A DNA stretch of 64,000 nucleotides from NCBI GenBank assembly GCA_000182565.2, contig KQ257450.1; one strand, given 5' to 3'. Numbering within the stretch: the first letter of the stretch is position 1; every line of letters begins with the position of its first letter. The position numbers were made by a program, and so were the translations under genes. The stretch comes from Spizellomyces punctatus DAOM BR117 (taxonomy: Eukaryota). The notes beneath the pieces were generated by a model. The model was not told the DNA's origin and did not search any database. It saw only the letters and a list, made by a program, of their open reading frames with translations. Of this stretch, positions 36,169 to 49,091 are shown in pieces.

Positions 36169-37737
36169 TTACTTTTGACTTTTAATGACATACTCTTGCT
36201 GAGTTCCACTCTTGTAGGGATGGGCCACCAGAGCTCCGCTAATGTCACTCCACCATTTCCTCGAGTACTTTGTGTACCAAGCAATGGTCTTTTTCACACC
36301 TTCCTCAAATTCGACTTTGGGCTTCCATCCCAGTGCCTCCAACTTTGTACTATCAATAGCGTAGCGCATGTCATTGAACGGCCTGTCTTCAACGAATTCA
36401 ATGAGCTCGGATTCGCGAGCCGATAGACCCATTTGCTTGATTAGGAATTTGGTTAATTCGAGGTTGGAGATTTCAAAGGATGTACCAATATTGTACGTTT
36501 GGCCAATTTCACCCTTGTGGAGGATGACTTCAACGGCATCGGCAACGTCAGAGCCGTAAATGAAGCGTCGGGTGTTGCTTCCGTCACCGTGGATAAAGAC
36601 TTTACGGCCCTCCGACAAGAGCGTAACGAATTTGGGAATGATCTTTTCCGGGTACTGGTATGGACCGTAGACATTGTTGCTGCGCGTAATGATGGTGGGA
36701 AGGTTGAAGGATTTCTGGTAGGCCCCTACGAGCATTTCGGCGGCGGCCTTGGTGGCAGAGTACGGGTTGGTGGGGGCGAGGATGTTGTCTTCGGAGAGTT
36801 CGTCACCGCCGTGTTCGACTTCCCCGTAGACTTCATCAGTGCTAATGTGGATAAAGCGCTTGACATTGTTGATTCTGGCCGCTTCGAGGAGGACATGGGT
36901 GCCCATGACATTGTTGAGGGTAAATTCGGCAGAATTGCCAAAAGAGTTGTCTAGGAGAGGTGCGTGAGTCGCGCTTGCCTTGAGCATCTGGCGGACATGC
37001 GAGTGTTGTACATGGCGATAGCAATGTGCGTTCGCGCGAGCGCGCAGCGAACCGCAGTGGTATAGGCGACAGCCATGACCGCCAGGTTTATCTCGCGCGT
37101 TGCCGCTTGGCTATGTGCTGCTGCGCAATCACCCCAAGGCTTGCAGAACTCGCTCAGAGCGCGTTAAACCCAGTGCACTCACTATATTGGCGGATCAAGC
37201 CCGCTGCGCTCACTCGCTCATCCTAAATGTACACGAACGGTTTGCACTGAATTTACTCACCGACGTGCGTCTGAGCAGCAAAGTGCAAAATCGTGTCAAT
37301 CTGCTTCTCTTGCAAGACAAAGTTGACCATGTCCTTGATGGTGATATCGCCCTTGATGAACGAGTAATTGTCCTTGTGCTCGATGGTCATCAAGTTTCTG
37401 GTGGACGCACAATAATCGAGTTTATCAAAGTTTACGACATTGTATTCTGGGTACAAGAGGACGAGCTTGCGGACAATAAAGGATGCACTATAAAAGAGAG
37501 CGGTCACATTCATGCTGCCTAAACACACAACCACACTTACGACACCCACATGAATCCCGCTCCACCCGTAACAAGGATATTTTTAACGTCGGGACGAGGA
37601 CTGAATTTCCGCTCACCCACATCGTTTGCAATCTGGTCATTCAGTTCCTGGGCAATCGAGTCCAACTCGGGAATCTGTGCAGTCGTAGGAGTAGTAAGTT
37701 TCATGGTGTCGTCGTTCCAGTAATCCGATCCGAGCAT
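36169..37737 (-). CDS. NDP-glucose 4,6-dehydratase (dTDP/UDP-glucose; rhamnose pathway, TGDS/RmlB-like)
   Basis: NILVTGGAGF, FDKLDYCAS, HFAAQTHV|DNSFGNS, HISTDEVYG, PTNPYSATKAA (YxxxK), NNVYGPYQYPEKIIPKF, DRPFNDMRY. Confidence 0.95.
36951..37260 (-). promoter_or_regulatory. Unusually long (310 nt) GC-rich structured intron with internal alternative 5' splice sites; candidate cis-regulatory RNA
   Basis: GTGAGT..CTAG intron splitting the HV|D codon. Nested complementary segments were read directly from the sequence (see findings). Confidence 0.55.
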
Positions 37738-38397
37738 GTAGTTGGAATGGGGAGGAAACCTTTGAAAATTGCGCAGAAGGCCAGCCAAGCCGTTGAGGGA
37801 TTATTGCTGTTAAATGAATGGCTTAGTATAAATTGCCTTTAAAGGTAAATGACGTGGCTTTGCACCACCAGTGACTTGAAGCGCAAGCAAAATGACTGGG
37901 GGCCTTTGGTGGGGGATCTGTAGTGTATGGTCCATTTGGCTGCATCGCAACGACTTTGATGCAAGGGTTTGATTCGACGCCCTTCTAGAGGTCCAACGAG
38001 GCACACATTTGTTTATAAGTTGGGGTTGGCAAAAGGACAGCAACAAAAGGTGGAGGGTCAATTTGAAAGCTGGGCATCAATCTGAACGACGATGGCCCTG
38101 CATCTGGATAATGGATGCTCATCTAGTGGCAAAGGACTTTTCCATGACAATGATCTACGTTCAACATGCCAATGAATGCGCGTTTAAAGTAGAAAACAGT
38201 TGGATATTCGAATCTGTAGATGGGTCTGTTGGGCCAAAAGGTCAAAACGTTGAACGGCGGCTGACAAGCCCCGATTATCACGTGGTCATTAATGTGGATC
38301 ATGTCAGCATTCAATCCAATTAGTCATGGTTGCAGTGCGATCGGAGGTGAAAGGTTGGTTTGGGCGACAGATTTGGAATTCGTTGGGGAGGGCAGAC

Positions 38398-39589
38398 ATG
38401 GGCAGCAGGGACACCTCTCGCACACGGCGAGACCGAGGTCGCTCCATTTCACGCTCGCCAGAGCGACGATCGTACTCGTCGCGGAGAGATGAGGTCTGTC
38501 AAGCGAACCGCGGTACTACACGTCTCGCATTCCTAACCTGCCACTCCCATACAGGACAAGGATCGTCTACATAGGCGTAGATCACCGAGTACTAGTTCTT
38601 TGAGCGACGCTGGTCACAAGGATAAGCGACGACGACGGAAAAGGAGTCGCTCTACGAGCGTGTCGAGCTATACGAGTAGCAGTGAGACATCCTCCGACGA
38701 CGACCGGTCTCGACGGAAGAGAAAACACTCCAAGCATAAAAAGGAAAAGAAAAAGGAGAAAAAGTCGAAAAAGGTAGGAACTTTGCGTGTAATGGATGCC
38801 ATTCACACTCCTTATTCTCCGTATCAGGACAAGAAATCGCAAAAGAAAAAGAAATCAAAGAGCAGTAAGGACAAGACAAAATCTGGAGCTGTAACCGCAC
38901 AATATGTATGTCATAAATTTCTAGTCTCTTTCTCTACCTTTTTGCTCGACTAATGTCCTCGAAATATAAGGGCGCACATGGTCTTATCACTGCCTCCGAT
39001 GTAAGAATATATCTGCTTCCCATGCTGATGATTCACTGTGTCACACCCGTCCTAGATGTATCGAAAGGAAGCAGAGTTTCGTACCTGGCTGGTCGAAGTC
39101 AAAAACACCTCCCCCGAAGTCCTGGACAACCAAAAAATGAAACTGCACTTTGCGGAATACATGGAAGACTACAACACTGCAACCCTTCCTCTCAAATATT
39201 ATGATCTGGATCAATGGCACGTTGTGCTTCGCTGTTTCACTCTGAAATATGGCAACTAATCGATGGATATAGGGAGCGCCAACAATTTGTACGCCAAAGA
39301 GCAGAAGCTGGGGTTGAAGACACTGGCGAATTCAATATCTTGAACGGTAAAAAGCTCGTCTCTTTCACATACAAGAAGGTTCTCCTGATCCTCCATCTTA
39401 GATGAAGAACGACTAAAGCAACACAGTAAGGCTCTCCGAGCTGGACGACTCCCAGAGCCGAGTTTCACAAAAGACCAGCTGGCGGAATTGAAAAAAGTGT
39501 CAGAGGAGCGTATTGCGGCGGATCGGTTGCGGAAGATGGGTTATGTTCCCAAGGATAGTTTGGGCGTGCGGTATGAAGAGGCTGAATGA
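38398..39589 (+). CDS. RS/Lys-rich nuclear protein, SCI1 (style cell-cycle inhibitor 1)-like
   Basis: Low-complexity R/S/K N-terminus followed by YGAHGLITASDMYRKEAEFRTWLVEVK..FAEYMEDYNTATLPLKYYDL, and C-terminal LRKMGY..LGVRYE. Confidence 0.7.
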
Positions 39590-40162
39590 GGTGGATGTAA
39601 TGCAGATTGTGTTGTTTGTTCTGGACTTTTTTTTACTCTTCCCGCATATATATGCTCTATCTGCGCATCTTTTGCTCTGTGATCTGGATCATAAGCCTGC
39701 CTGATGTCTGTGGATCGTTCTGCTTGATCAGATCAACCCAATTACCACTCAGGCTTTCATTGTTTTCCGTCATGTCGTCTAACCGTAAATCCTTCGTCTT
39801 GGGGTAGACCTATCTGTGCACATGGTGTTAAGCGTTTTAAAAAAGATGGAGGAATATCCTCTGATTAATTGATTTGGGGTCCGCTCCAACCAAATACAAC
39901 TAGTCATTCTTCTTCCCGAATGTGCGTCCTCGTTGCTACTTTCCATCGCCTTTGTCCAATTGCTCCTTTTATGCTGCTCACGCCGTTCTTCTTGGCTGCT
40001 TCAACGTTCTTTACGCCCGTCAACGTTGCCCAAAAACGGGAGACGTGGCTTAGATTTCCCGCAGATTGATGCTGTGCAAAAGACCGCCCTCCGACACCCT
40101 CCGGCCGTTGCATTCCACTCTGCATACATTCCATCACCTTTGACTTTTGACAGCACGCCAAC

Positions 40163-40915
40163 ATGGTCCAAGCCTGGTATTACAATGATGCCGACCCCTC
40201 TGACGGCCGTGAACCTCACCAATATACACCCAACCGCTCCGTCACTCTGGACCAACTAGCTCAAGTGGGTGTTCTCCAGTGGACCATTGATGTGACAAAG
40301 CCTGGGTACCTGGAGACAGTGGACCGCATCTCCCAGGAACGAGCATACAAGAATCGGGATGAGGTACGCTGTCATTTTTTTGGTTTGCTGTGCATTGTTT
40401 CGAAATTGAAACAATTCTTTTGTAGATCACAATCTCAAAAGAAGCATTACCCAACTACGACGAAAAACTAAAAATATTCTTTACGGAGCATATCCACGAA
40501 GACGAAGAGATTCGATTCATTCTGGAGGGTTCAGGGTACTTTGATATTCGGAGTCCTGGTGATCGGTGGATACGAATTGCGTGTGAGGCTGGTGATATGA
40601 TCATTTTGGTATGGTTGGTCTTGTGTGGTTTGCTTGAGGAGCAAGGATGTTGATCTTTTGGCGTACAGCCTGCGGGTATGTATCACCGGTTTACCCTTGA
40701 TACAAAGAATTACTTGAAGGCAATGAGATTGTTTAAAGAGGTTTGTTGGCCGTTGTCGTTGGAGTTGCTCGTCTGCGTATTGACATGCTATATTCAAGGA
40801 CCCGAAATGGACACCACTGAACCGATCCTCTGAAACTGATGTGAATCCTTATCGGAAAGACTATCTTGCATCATTTGCGCAGCCGGCTGCTGCCTTGTTT
40901 GCTGGAGAAATTTAA
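40163..40915 (+). CDS. ADI1: Acireductone dioxygenase (methionine salvage)
   Basis: [75 protein letters not shown]. Confidence 0.95.
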
Positions 40916-41269
40916 GCCGGAAATCCATATATTTGAAAATGGGCTCAATGTCCATGCGATGGAGGGGGTTGCTGTTTTTGAACCTTGTCTTTCCATAGTT
41001 GTATTCTTTTCTTGCATGCATGATGTGCATTAATAAGGCGTCGCCTTTCATAGTTTTGTTTTTTTCTTTGCATGAATTACGTGCATTCAAAATGCGTAAA
41101 TAACTTTATTTCGCGCACTCAAGCTCTAGAACACCAAATGTCTCCATCTAATCAAGACATAGATAAAAAAAACCATTTCCCACACGTCGCGACGCTACCC
41201 AGAATAAAGAATGACATATTCATCCACCCTAATAATTTAGGAAATAATTCTCAGTGGTTAGATAGATAT

Positions 41270-42579
41270 CTACAAGTTCTTGCGACTCTCTTGTTTCTGA
41301 AGGGTCCAGATACCCTCTTCAGGAACCCAGGTGAGGAGAGCACGGGTCGAGTGCCAGTGCGATTTAAGGAATTCTAAAAACGGGAATCCATCTACACGTC
41401 TGTAGGATTTTCCGAGAGTTTCTGCCACCACCTATGAATTTGTATTGTAAGCAAACATTTTCTTGGACACATTAATGATACCGGTTCTTACCGGTGTAGC
41501 TTCCATCAGGCGATAATGGGGGATGCTGGTGTAAAACAAGTGATGGACAACGTGTCCATTGGTGATGTTGTGCATAAGTTTGTCTAGAAATCCAAACGGG
41601 GTGTACTCTCTGTCGACGGTTTCGACGGCGCCAGTGGTAAATGTCCAGCTGGCCGAGCTGTACACACGAGTCTCGGCGGTGTGGTGCTGGAGGTAGGTGA
41701 CAATGTACAGCCACTGAACATTGCAAAAACAATGAGATGGGAACCAACGTTTTTTATATACCACATTAATCTCAAACTTACCGCGTTGTACACCAACCAA
41801 GGCATCGCGTATCCGTAAGCAAAAGAGGTCCAATTCTTTGCCACAAGTCTCAACGCAACAAAGTACAAGAATACAACGCCAGAACTGACGACGCACTGCG
41901 CCCGCTCCTTGTTGTTCCTAAACAGGGGACTCCATGGTACAAAGTGACTTCCGTCGGGAATACCGGCCAAAATATATCCAAACCCGTATGCAAAGGGGAC
42001 CAGAAACGGCTGGTCCTTTAACAATTTTGCGCCGGGAGTCTCTTCTTCGGGCGTTAACCACGGATGCGACATGTCCTTGTCTTTGTGGTTATGGTATGCG
42101 TGGTGTTGAGCGTGGGAGCGTGCCCAGGGCCAGAAGGGAACAAGAAGGTATCCATGGGAAAGGTGTCCAACGACTGCATTTACAGACTTGCTATCGGAAA
42201 AGGATCCGTGTCCGCAGTCATGCCCGATACAAAACAAGCTCCACATGAAGAACCCAACAGCTTGAACCCACACGGCATACAAGCACCATTCGAGTGCTGA
42301 CCACGACGCCTTGCTACAGAGGGTTGTAGAGTAGGCAAGGTACAAGCCGCCGAGGACGAGAGCGTCAAAGACAAAGTAGCCCATAGAGAGCGCTAGCGAC
42401 TTTTCAAAGACGCGGGGTGGGAGGGACTTGCGGAGGGATGACAGGTTGACCTGGGAGCCAGGATGCTGTCGTTTTGCGTTGTCTGCTAGGAAAGTCTGTT
42501 TTAGAGTTTCACCATTCTGTTCTCCAAAGCGGCGCCGACCCTTACCTGCGCTTGCAGAGGACATTTCGGTAGCCGCCAT
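41270..42579 (-). CDS. Membrane fatty acid desaturase (delta-12/omega-3 family)
   Basis: Three His boxes HDCGH, HAQHH, HVVHH; also WLYIVTYLQH, GAVETVDR, IPHYRLMEAT. Confidence 0.93.
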
Positions 42580-43283
42580 TACGTTCGTCGTAGTTCCAGC
42601 AACCGTCAAAAATACGTTCAGAAACACAATCCCAGCCAACACAAGATGAAATCCAATCGTCGATGACGGGGGGGAGACCGGTGGCAAAAAACGGGCCGCG
42701 AACTGCGACGTTTGCAAAAATAGAATCCAAAAAGTTTCAAAAGCCTCCGATATAGGCACGTGATATAGATTCTTTAGGCACGTGGCTTGCATTTAATGTA
42801 GTGTTAACCAAAAATTTAAGGGATTGGAACCGTTCCAACCATCTGTCGCTGTGAATGGAGTGTGGTTGCAGTCAGGATTAGTGTCAACTTTAGGGACCTC
42901 CGAGATCTACGCAAGTTAAACCAAGGTAACTTTTTGTTGCGCAACCCTCCATGAAATGCTGAATAGCGATACATGCAGCTATTAATAGCTTTCAAGGCAA
43001 GGCCCGCGGACAATGATCCCATCGTTTTCCCTCGTTAGAGGCGTTTGATCTGTATCCAGATGTTATTTATAGACTCTTGTTGTTGTTGGTTCGGCGCATT
43101 TGGATTTTGGAAGAGAAACAATGCACGCTCCGGTCCTTGTGTGTCGTGGGGCGAGGCCGTTGAATTAACTCAAAGTCTATTTGGGTTTTTAGCTTTATAT
43201 CGTCTGTGGGAGACGCAAATCATTTTGCTTTTCGACTTGTAGCAGCTTGCTACTTTTGGCAAATCAGAAAGCCAAGTGAAAAA

Positions 43284-44514
43284 ATGAGACAGGAACGGAT
43301 TCCACCGCCTGATTTACCATCGCCAGATTCAGACGGCTTTTATACCTTTTCTACCATCCCCTTGGGTATGGTGCAAGGATGGTACTATCTCCCCTACCGA
43401 CTCGATCCGTCCCAGCTGGCCCTTGCGCGCGGGATAACCTCCATGGCTGCACTAACTGTTGTGCTCCTTATATTCTTTTTCATTGTCACTCGGAGCGTAG
43501 CGTGGACGCCCGCCAAATACTTTATCCTCAACATCCTCCTCATTGATTTCGTACAATGTGTGTTCAACGCATTTTGGATCTTGGGTACACCTTCGGTATT
43601 TGGTTACCACCTCGGCACCTACTACGCATGTCAAGTGTCGGGATACTTTTCCGCGGCGTGGGGTGTCCATGGGCAGAGCTCCATGTTTTGCTTTATGCTG
43701 GAGAGATACCTGGTTATTGTAAGGCGCGTGGATATAACGAGGGCGCAAGCAAAGTGGGTGAGCGGGGCGGTCTGGGCTGCGGCCCTGTTTATTGGGGGCC
43801 TCCCGTTTATGCTTGGGAGGAGGGCTTCGGTAAATCCCTCTGGGCTGTATTGTACTCCTCCTTGTAAGTTGCATTTTTGTTTTCCTCGTTTTTTTCTTCC
43901 TTTGGACTCTCTCATCCCCATCATAACGCGCTTTAGGGAGCACGGGAGGAACCTGGGAAGGTATCATTCTGGGCTTGCTGGGTGTCGGCTTCATCTCCCT
44001 CAATGTCTTTGGCATCGCCATCATGTACCACCAGATCTACACTACGTTTGTGCAGACCTCCAAAACGGTAGAAAAAGCCATGGAAGCCGGAAAGGATCAC
44101 AGCACGACCAAAAACGATCAAGTACCCGCGACTCCCAATAACACGACCACATCAGAGAGCAAGTACAGTCCCACCAAAACCTTCATGTCGCAAGTCCAAC
44201 AGGCCCGCAAAGGCGCCAATGCCCGATTCAAGAAGGATTCAGATGAAATCGCCTTTCGATTGGCGAGACAGGCGCTGAGTTACATTATTGCCTATCTGTC
44301 CTGTATGTTACCCATCTACATCTGCATTGGACACCATTTGTTTGTGCAAATGCCCCCTCCAGCGTGGTTGGAGCGTATTGCATATGTCATGGTACACGCA
44401 TATACCTTGGCGAATCCTATGCTGCTACTTTGTTTGAATCCTACCTACCGAGGCGCGATGAAGGGGACAGTAGGAGAGTGGAGAGATACATTGAGGTCGC
44501 GGGTTGGAAAGTAG
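43284..44514 (+). CDS. Class A (rhodopsin-like) 7TM GPCR, opsin-like, His at the retinal-lysine position
   Basis: TPAKYFILNILLID (TM2), CQVSG..LERY (TM3), PSGLYCT (ECL2), CMLP (TM6), VHAYTLANPML..NPTYR (TM7/H8); one intron near 43864-43935. Confidence 0.85.
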
Positions 44515-44779
44515 CAACAACGTCTCGTGCAGCTTTTAGGAGCGAGGTAGCTAGTCGGATGATGACGAATGTACCATAAACATGAATGCAGTCATTGAGC
44601 TGCGTCCAATGACAACGTACTTCTCTTTTCAATGATTCAGAAAAAATGACTAGTTACAATGCCTCTTCTATGATCCTGTGACGCCTCTCTACCAGCATTT
44701 GCTTCCGACTCTCCACAAAGACCTCCGATTACTATGTAAGTTCTACACCTCTGTCGACATGTCCTCTGATACTCACCCT

Positions 44780-47030
44780 TCAACCCTGAATCCGTTTCGT
44801 CTTTCCACTCCACTCCATATCCCTTAAAACAGTCTTTCTGACCTTTCCAGTGCTTGTTCTAGGCAACTCTTTCAAGACCTTTACACCTTTAGGAACCTGG
44901 AAACCAGCCAGGGTTTGCTTGCACCACTGAACAATCTCGTCTGGGATCCGATCAATGGGAATGGACGCATCTGGTTTGAGAACCACGTACGCGACAGGGA
45001 CTTCACCCCATTTGTCATGTGGGGATGAGACGACGGCACATTCAAAGACGGATGAGTGGGCCAGAATGGTGTTTTCAAGTAAGATTGTTGAAATATTCTC
45101 GCCACCTAGTGGACGAACTTAGCAATGGCATTCAGCCCGTAGGCTAATACGAAGCAGTACCTGAGATAATAATGTCTTTGGCCCGGTCACGGAGTTCAAT
45201 ATACCCATCAGGATGTCGAACACCGAGATCTCCGGAATGAAAGTAGCCGCCTTGAAACGCTTTAGCAGTGCCAACTGAGTCGTTGTAGTAACCCTATAGT
45301 GAACCACAAGAGTGAGACACGCGATGTAATGGTTCACGTAATGGGCAATACTTACCGTCATCACATTATTCCCTCTCATCACGACTTCACCCATGGTTTC
45401 ACCGTCCCAAGGAGTATCATTCATGTTTTCGTCAACAATACGCACCTCTACGTTTTTCGCCATCCGTTAGCTTGTAATAAATATATTTCAGGCGAATGTA
45501 AATCAATACCATCCGCGACCGTATAGTTTTGTCCCTGTCTAGACAATAAAGCAGCCTGTTCTACAGGAGTGAGTGTCTTCCAATGTGACTGCCACGCACA
45601 AATGGTGATAGGTCTTCAGCGAGCAGGTCAGTGCCCAGTCCCTCAAGTCGCAAAAGGATAAGGCGCCCAACCACCTACCCATACGTCTCTGTCAACCCAT
45701 ACACATGTACCGGCACAAAGTTCAACTCCATCATCTTGGCAATCATAGTAGGACTTGGCGGTGCGGCAGCAATCATGCATTTCACTTGCTGGGGAAGACG
45801 GCGTGCCGCAGGATGATGGATAATGGATGTATGAACAGTCGGGGCGCCGCAGTAGTGGCTGACGTTGAGCGTCGTTAGCAGCGTCCAGATTTGGGCATAA
45901 TCAATCTACAAGAGTGTATAAGGTGGTGCCCAAGTGCATAGAGAGACCTTTTTCAGTGACTTGCCTTACGGAGCATAACATTTGTTGCACCTGCAGCTAC
46001 TGTCGCCCAAGGAAAGCACCAACCGTTACAATGGCTGAAGAGAGAAAGAGACAAGGGTACATCGTCAGTAGCCGCAAAAGTGGAGCTCACTCTGGGGAAC
46101 TACTCACAACATTGGTAACGTCCACAGGTAGACAGACTCACTAGACATTCCCATCTCCAGACATTCTGATAAAGCATTCAAGTATGCCCCTCTAGAATGG
46201 TACATTACTCCTTTTGGTCGTCCGGTCGTTCCAGACGTGTAATTGATCGATATTGTCTCGCGCTCATCCGATCGCGATGGAAAATCTGTCCAACACGGAG
46301 GCCTATCCAAAGTGTTTTTGGCACTGGAATATATAAATTGCTCGTATGGATCTATATCTGAGCCAGTGTCGTCTACTCTGACGATATGTTCAAGATTTCC
46401 TGTCCTCGCCTGGTCACCGCCCACCAAGTCCAACAGCTCATGATCCACCACCAATATCCGCGCTCCGCAGTCTCGTAAAATGTAGCCCACTTCGTCCTTG
46501 TTTAATCGAGTATTGATGGTGACCAAAATTGCGCCAGTGAGGGGCACTGCAAAGTGTGATTCAAGCATTGCTGGGATATTCGGCAGGAGAACAGCTACCC
46601 GGTCACCCTTCCGGATGCCTAGACGAAGAAGCGATGCAGCGTAATTGAGGACACGAGTGGCGAGAATAGAGTAGGCATAGCTTCGTGATTCTAACAAGGA
46701 ACAACAAGGACATGAATACATTCAAGAAAAAGAGGAATCTCGTTGAATTTGATATGAACCATGCCACACTGCAATCTTGTTTGGATATACATTGGCGGAA
46801 CGACGCAGAAAGTTTACAGGATCAAGCTCCGTCCGCGATACCGTCGGAACGAACGCTGAGAGTTGCTGTTTAGTTGCGAGTTAAAATGCAAACCATGTTC
46901 GCAACAACTCACGTCCAGCTTCTTGTCCAAAACTTGTCTGTTCCTTCAAGTCGGGCGCATTGTGTAAGCCCCTCGTTGGTGGGGTGATAGTACGACTTAA
47001 CAAGGAGATCCTACGCCTTGCAGTGTCCAT
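44780..47030 (-). CDS. AMP-binding acyl-CoA synthetase (AAE/FadD-like), multi-exon
   Basis: [72 protein letters not shown]. Confidence 0.92.
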
Positions 47031-47223
47031 TGAATTTCTGCTCAGTACAAAAGAAGAAGGACGGAAGACGCTTGTGGAGGATGGCGAAACGACCGGCAGC
47101 CTCCCCGCGTTACGTTGGTAGCCGCAAAAATAGCGCATCTCAAGTCACCCAAACGTCAACATGATGCTTTGAACCAACTTTGAAGTGATAAAGAAACCGC
47201 TTGAGCGATTTCCCGTGTGGACA

Positions 47224-48972
47224 ATGGCCGGAGTAGAGAACGTAACATCTGTCGCGAAGCCGGAAGCTGATACGACTGTTCCCAGCTCTTCAACGATGAG
47301 TGAAACCGCAACGAAAGATGCTCGCCGCGCTGCAAGACTGGAGAAAAGAAAACAAGGCCACAGAACGCATACGATACCGATTCCGTCCCCGCCACGAGCA
47401 CCTACCCCGCCTCCCCGCAGAATGATACCCGTCACAAAACGTCCCATACCGCGACCGACTACTCTTACTGCCAGCGCTACTCCGTTGAGGTCCTTGACGA
47501 TAATGACCTACAACATCCTTGCACGTATGTGTCCGTTCGCTTATGGGGTTAATATCTCAGCAGATTTTACTATAATGCTGCTTTCTGCGCTTATTAGAGT
47601 GTTTATGTCGAAGGGAATTGTATCCATATTGTGGCAAGAACGACCTCAAAGGCAAGGTAAGGTGGTGGATGTTTACGTACGATTGGAAAAGTGGAGTATA
47701 AGACAGTTCCCCCATCTTCTTATCAGACCCGGTTTCCCATGATCATTGAGGAGATTACCAAGAGACATCGACCGGATATTGCGTGTCTGCAAGAAGTCGA
47801 TCACTTTGATGATCTCCTTGCTCCCGAGCTGCAATCGGCAGGGTACGATTATGAATACCTCAAGAAAAATCCAGAGAAAGAGTTTGGGCATGGATTATGT
47901 ATCCTGTGGAAGAAGGAGATGTGAGTCCTTGGTATGCTTATATGTCCATGCAGAAGGTGCTGCATATCTTGAAATGAATCAGACATTAAAATCATTGATC
48001 AGGTTTTCTAAACATAAATATCAATCGATCTTCTTTGACGACTCACCGTTGACGCATCCTACGCCGGTCACCCCGGTGACTCATAATATTGGGCAGTTGT
48101 TGGCTTTAAAGTTTCTTTTGCCGTCCGCACCAGCGGCTCACGGCGGCGTCCCTGGAGTGGTTATCACAAACAGCCATTTATATTGGCGACCTCGTGCGCA
48201 GTATGAGAAACTCCGACAGGCATACGTGTTGCTGGAAGAAGTAGTGAGGTTTAAGAGAAACATTGAGGAAGAGGAACAACCGTATCCGAGCGAACGACCG
48301 ACTGCGGGTGATAGCCTTCGATCATGGCCTATTTTCTTGTGTGGAGGTATGTCCCGGAATCAGCTCGGGCAAAACAACAATTCTAGGCTCTCTAATCTTC
48401 TATTTCATGAAGATTGGAACACATCACCGGAAGACGGCCTCTACCGATGTCTAACAAAGCAGCCGCTGACAGCCGATCAGCGTGCAAAACTCGAGCCGAC
48501 CAACAATTCAGAGGATTCATCAGACGCAGGGGATGAGCCCATACTACCTCCAGTATCTGAAGCTGTCACAAATGCAAAGCCTGTGGAGAACCCAGTGCCA
48601 ACGCCTGTTCTTGTGTCACATATTTCAAACCTGCCAAGGTTACATAGCTGTTATTCGACGTATCGAGAAACGGATGAGAATCATCCCGTGAATCCGGATT
48701 GGACAGAGGGTGATTTGTGGGAGGGCGAACCGACGTACACCAATTTTTCAACTTGGAAAGGAACTTTGGATTACATTTTTGTTGCCGATGAGTCGGCTAA
48801 AAGTTCAACTGGCGGGGCAGAGAGCGACTCTACCCAGCGACGCATTCCGACTGCTGCGCAAGTATCAAAGGTTTTGGACATTCCACACGCACAATATTTG
48901 GCACCTGGTCTTCCCAATCCACATTTTCCAAGCGACCATGTGTGCCTGATGGCGGAGCTCAAGCTGTATTAA
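47224..48972 (+). CDS. NGL2: EEP-family nuclease/phosphatase, Ngl2/Angel-like
   Basis: IMTYNILA, PDIACLQEVD, NSHLYWRP..KLRQ, LCG|DWNTSP, GTLDYIF, LPNPHFPSDH. Confidence 0.8.
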
Positions 48973-49091
48973 GTAAGGGCTTGGGACTCTTAGAACTACT
49001 TAGCGCGCTTGAGAGACTATTGTGGTGGCATCGGTGACGTTTGTATTGAATGACCATGGTCGATGTAAATGAATTATATTCACAAAATATG

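Noticed and set aside
36499-36954. 151-aa antisense ORF
   Set aside because: Mirror of strongly biased codons in the dehydratase exon.
37140-37200. TPP riboswitch or hammerhead in the long intron (CTTGATC, CTGAGCGA)
   Set aside because: Core motif order and the required CTGAGA/GAAA elements are absent.
47000-47030. PTS2-like RISLLSRTI at the acyl-CoA synthetase N-terminus
   Set aside because: Lacks the H/Q-L end of the PTS2 consensus.
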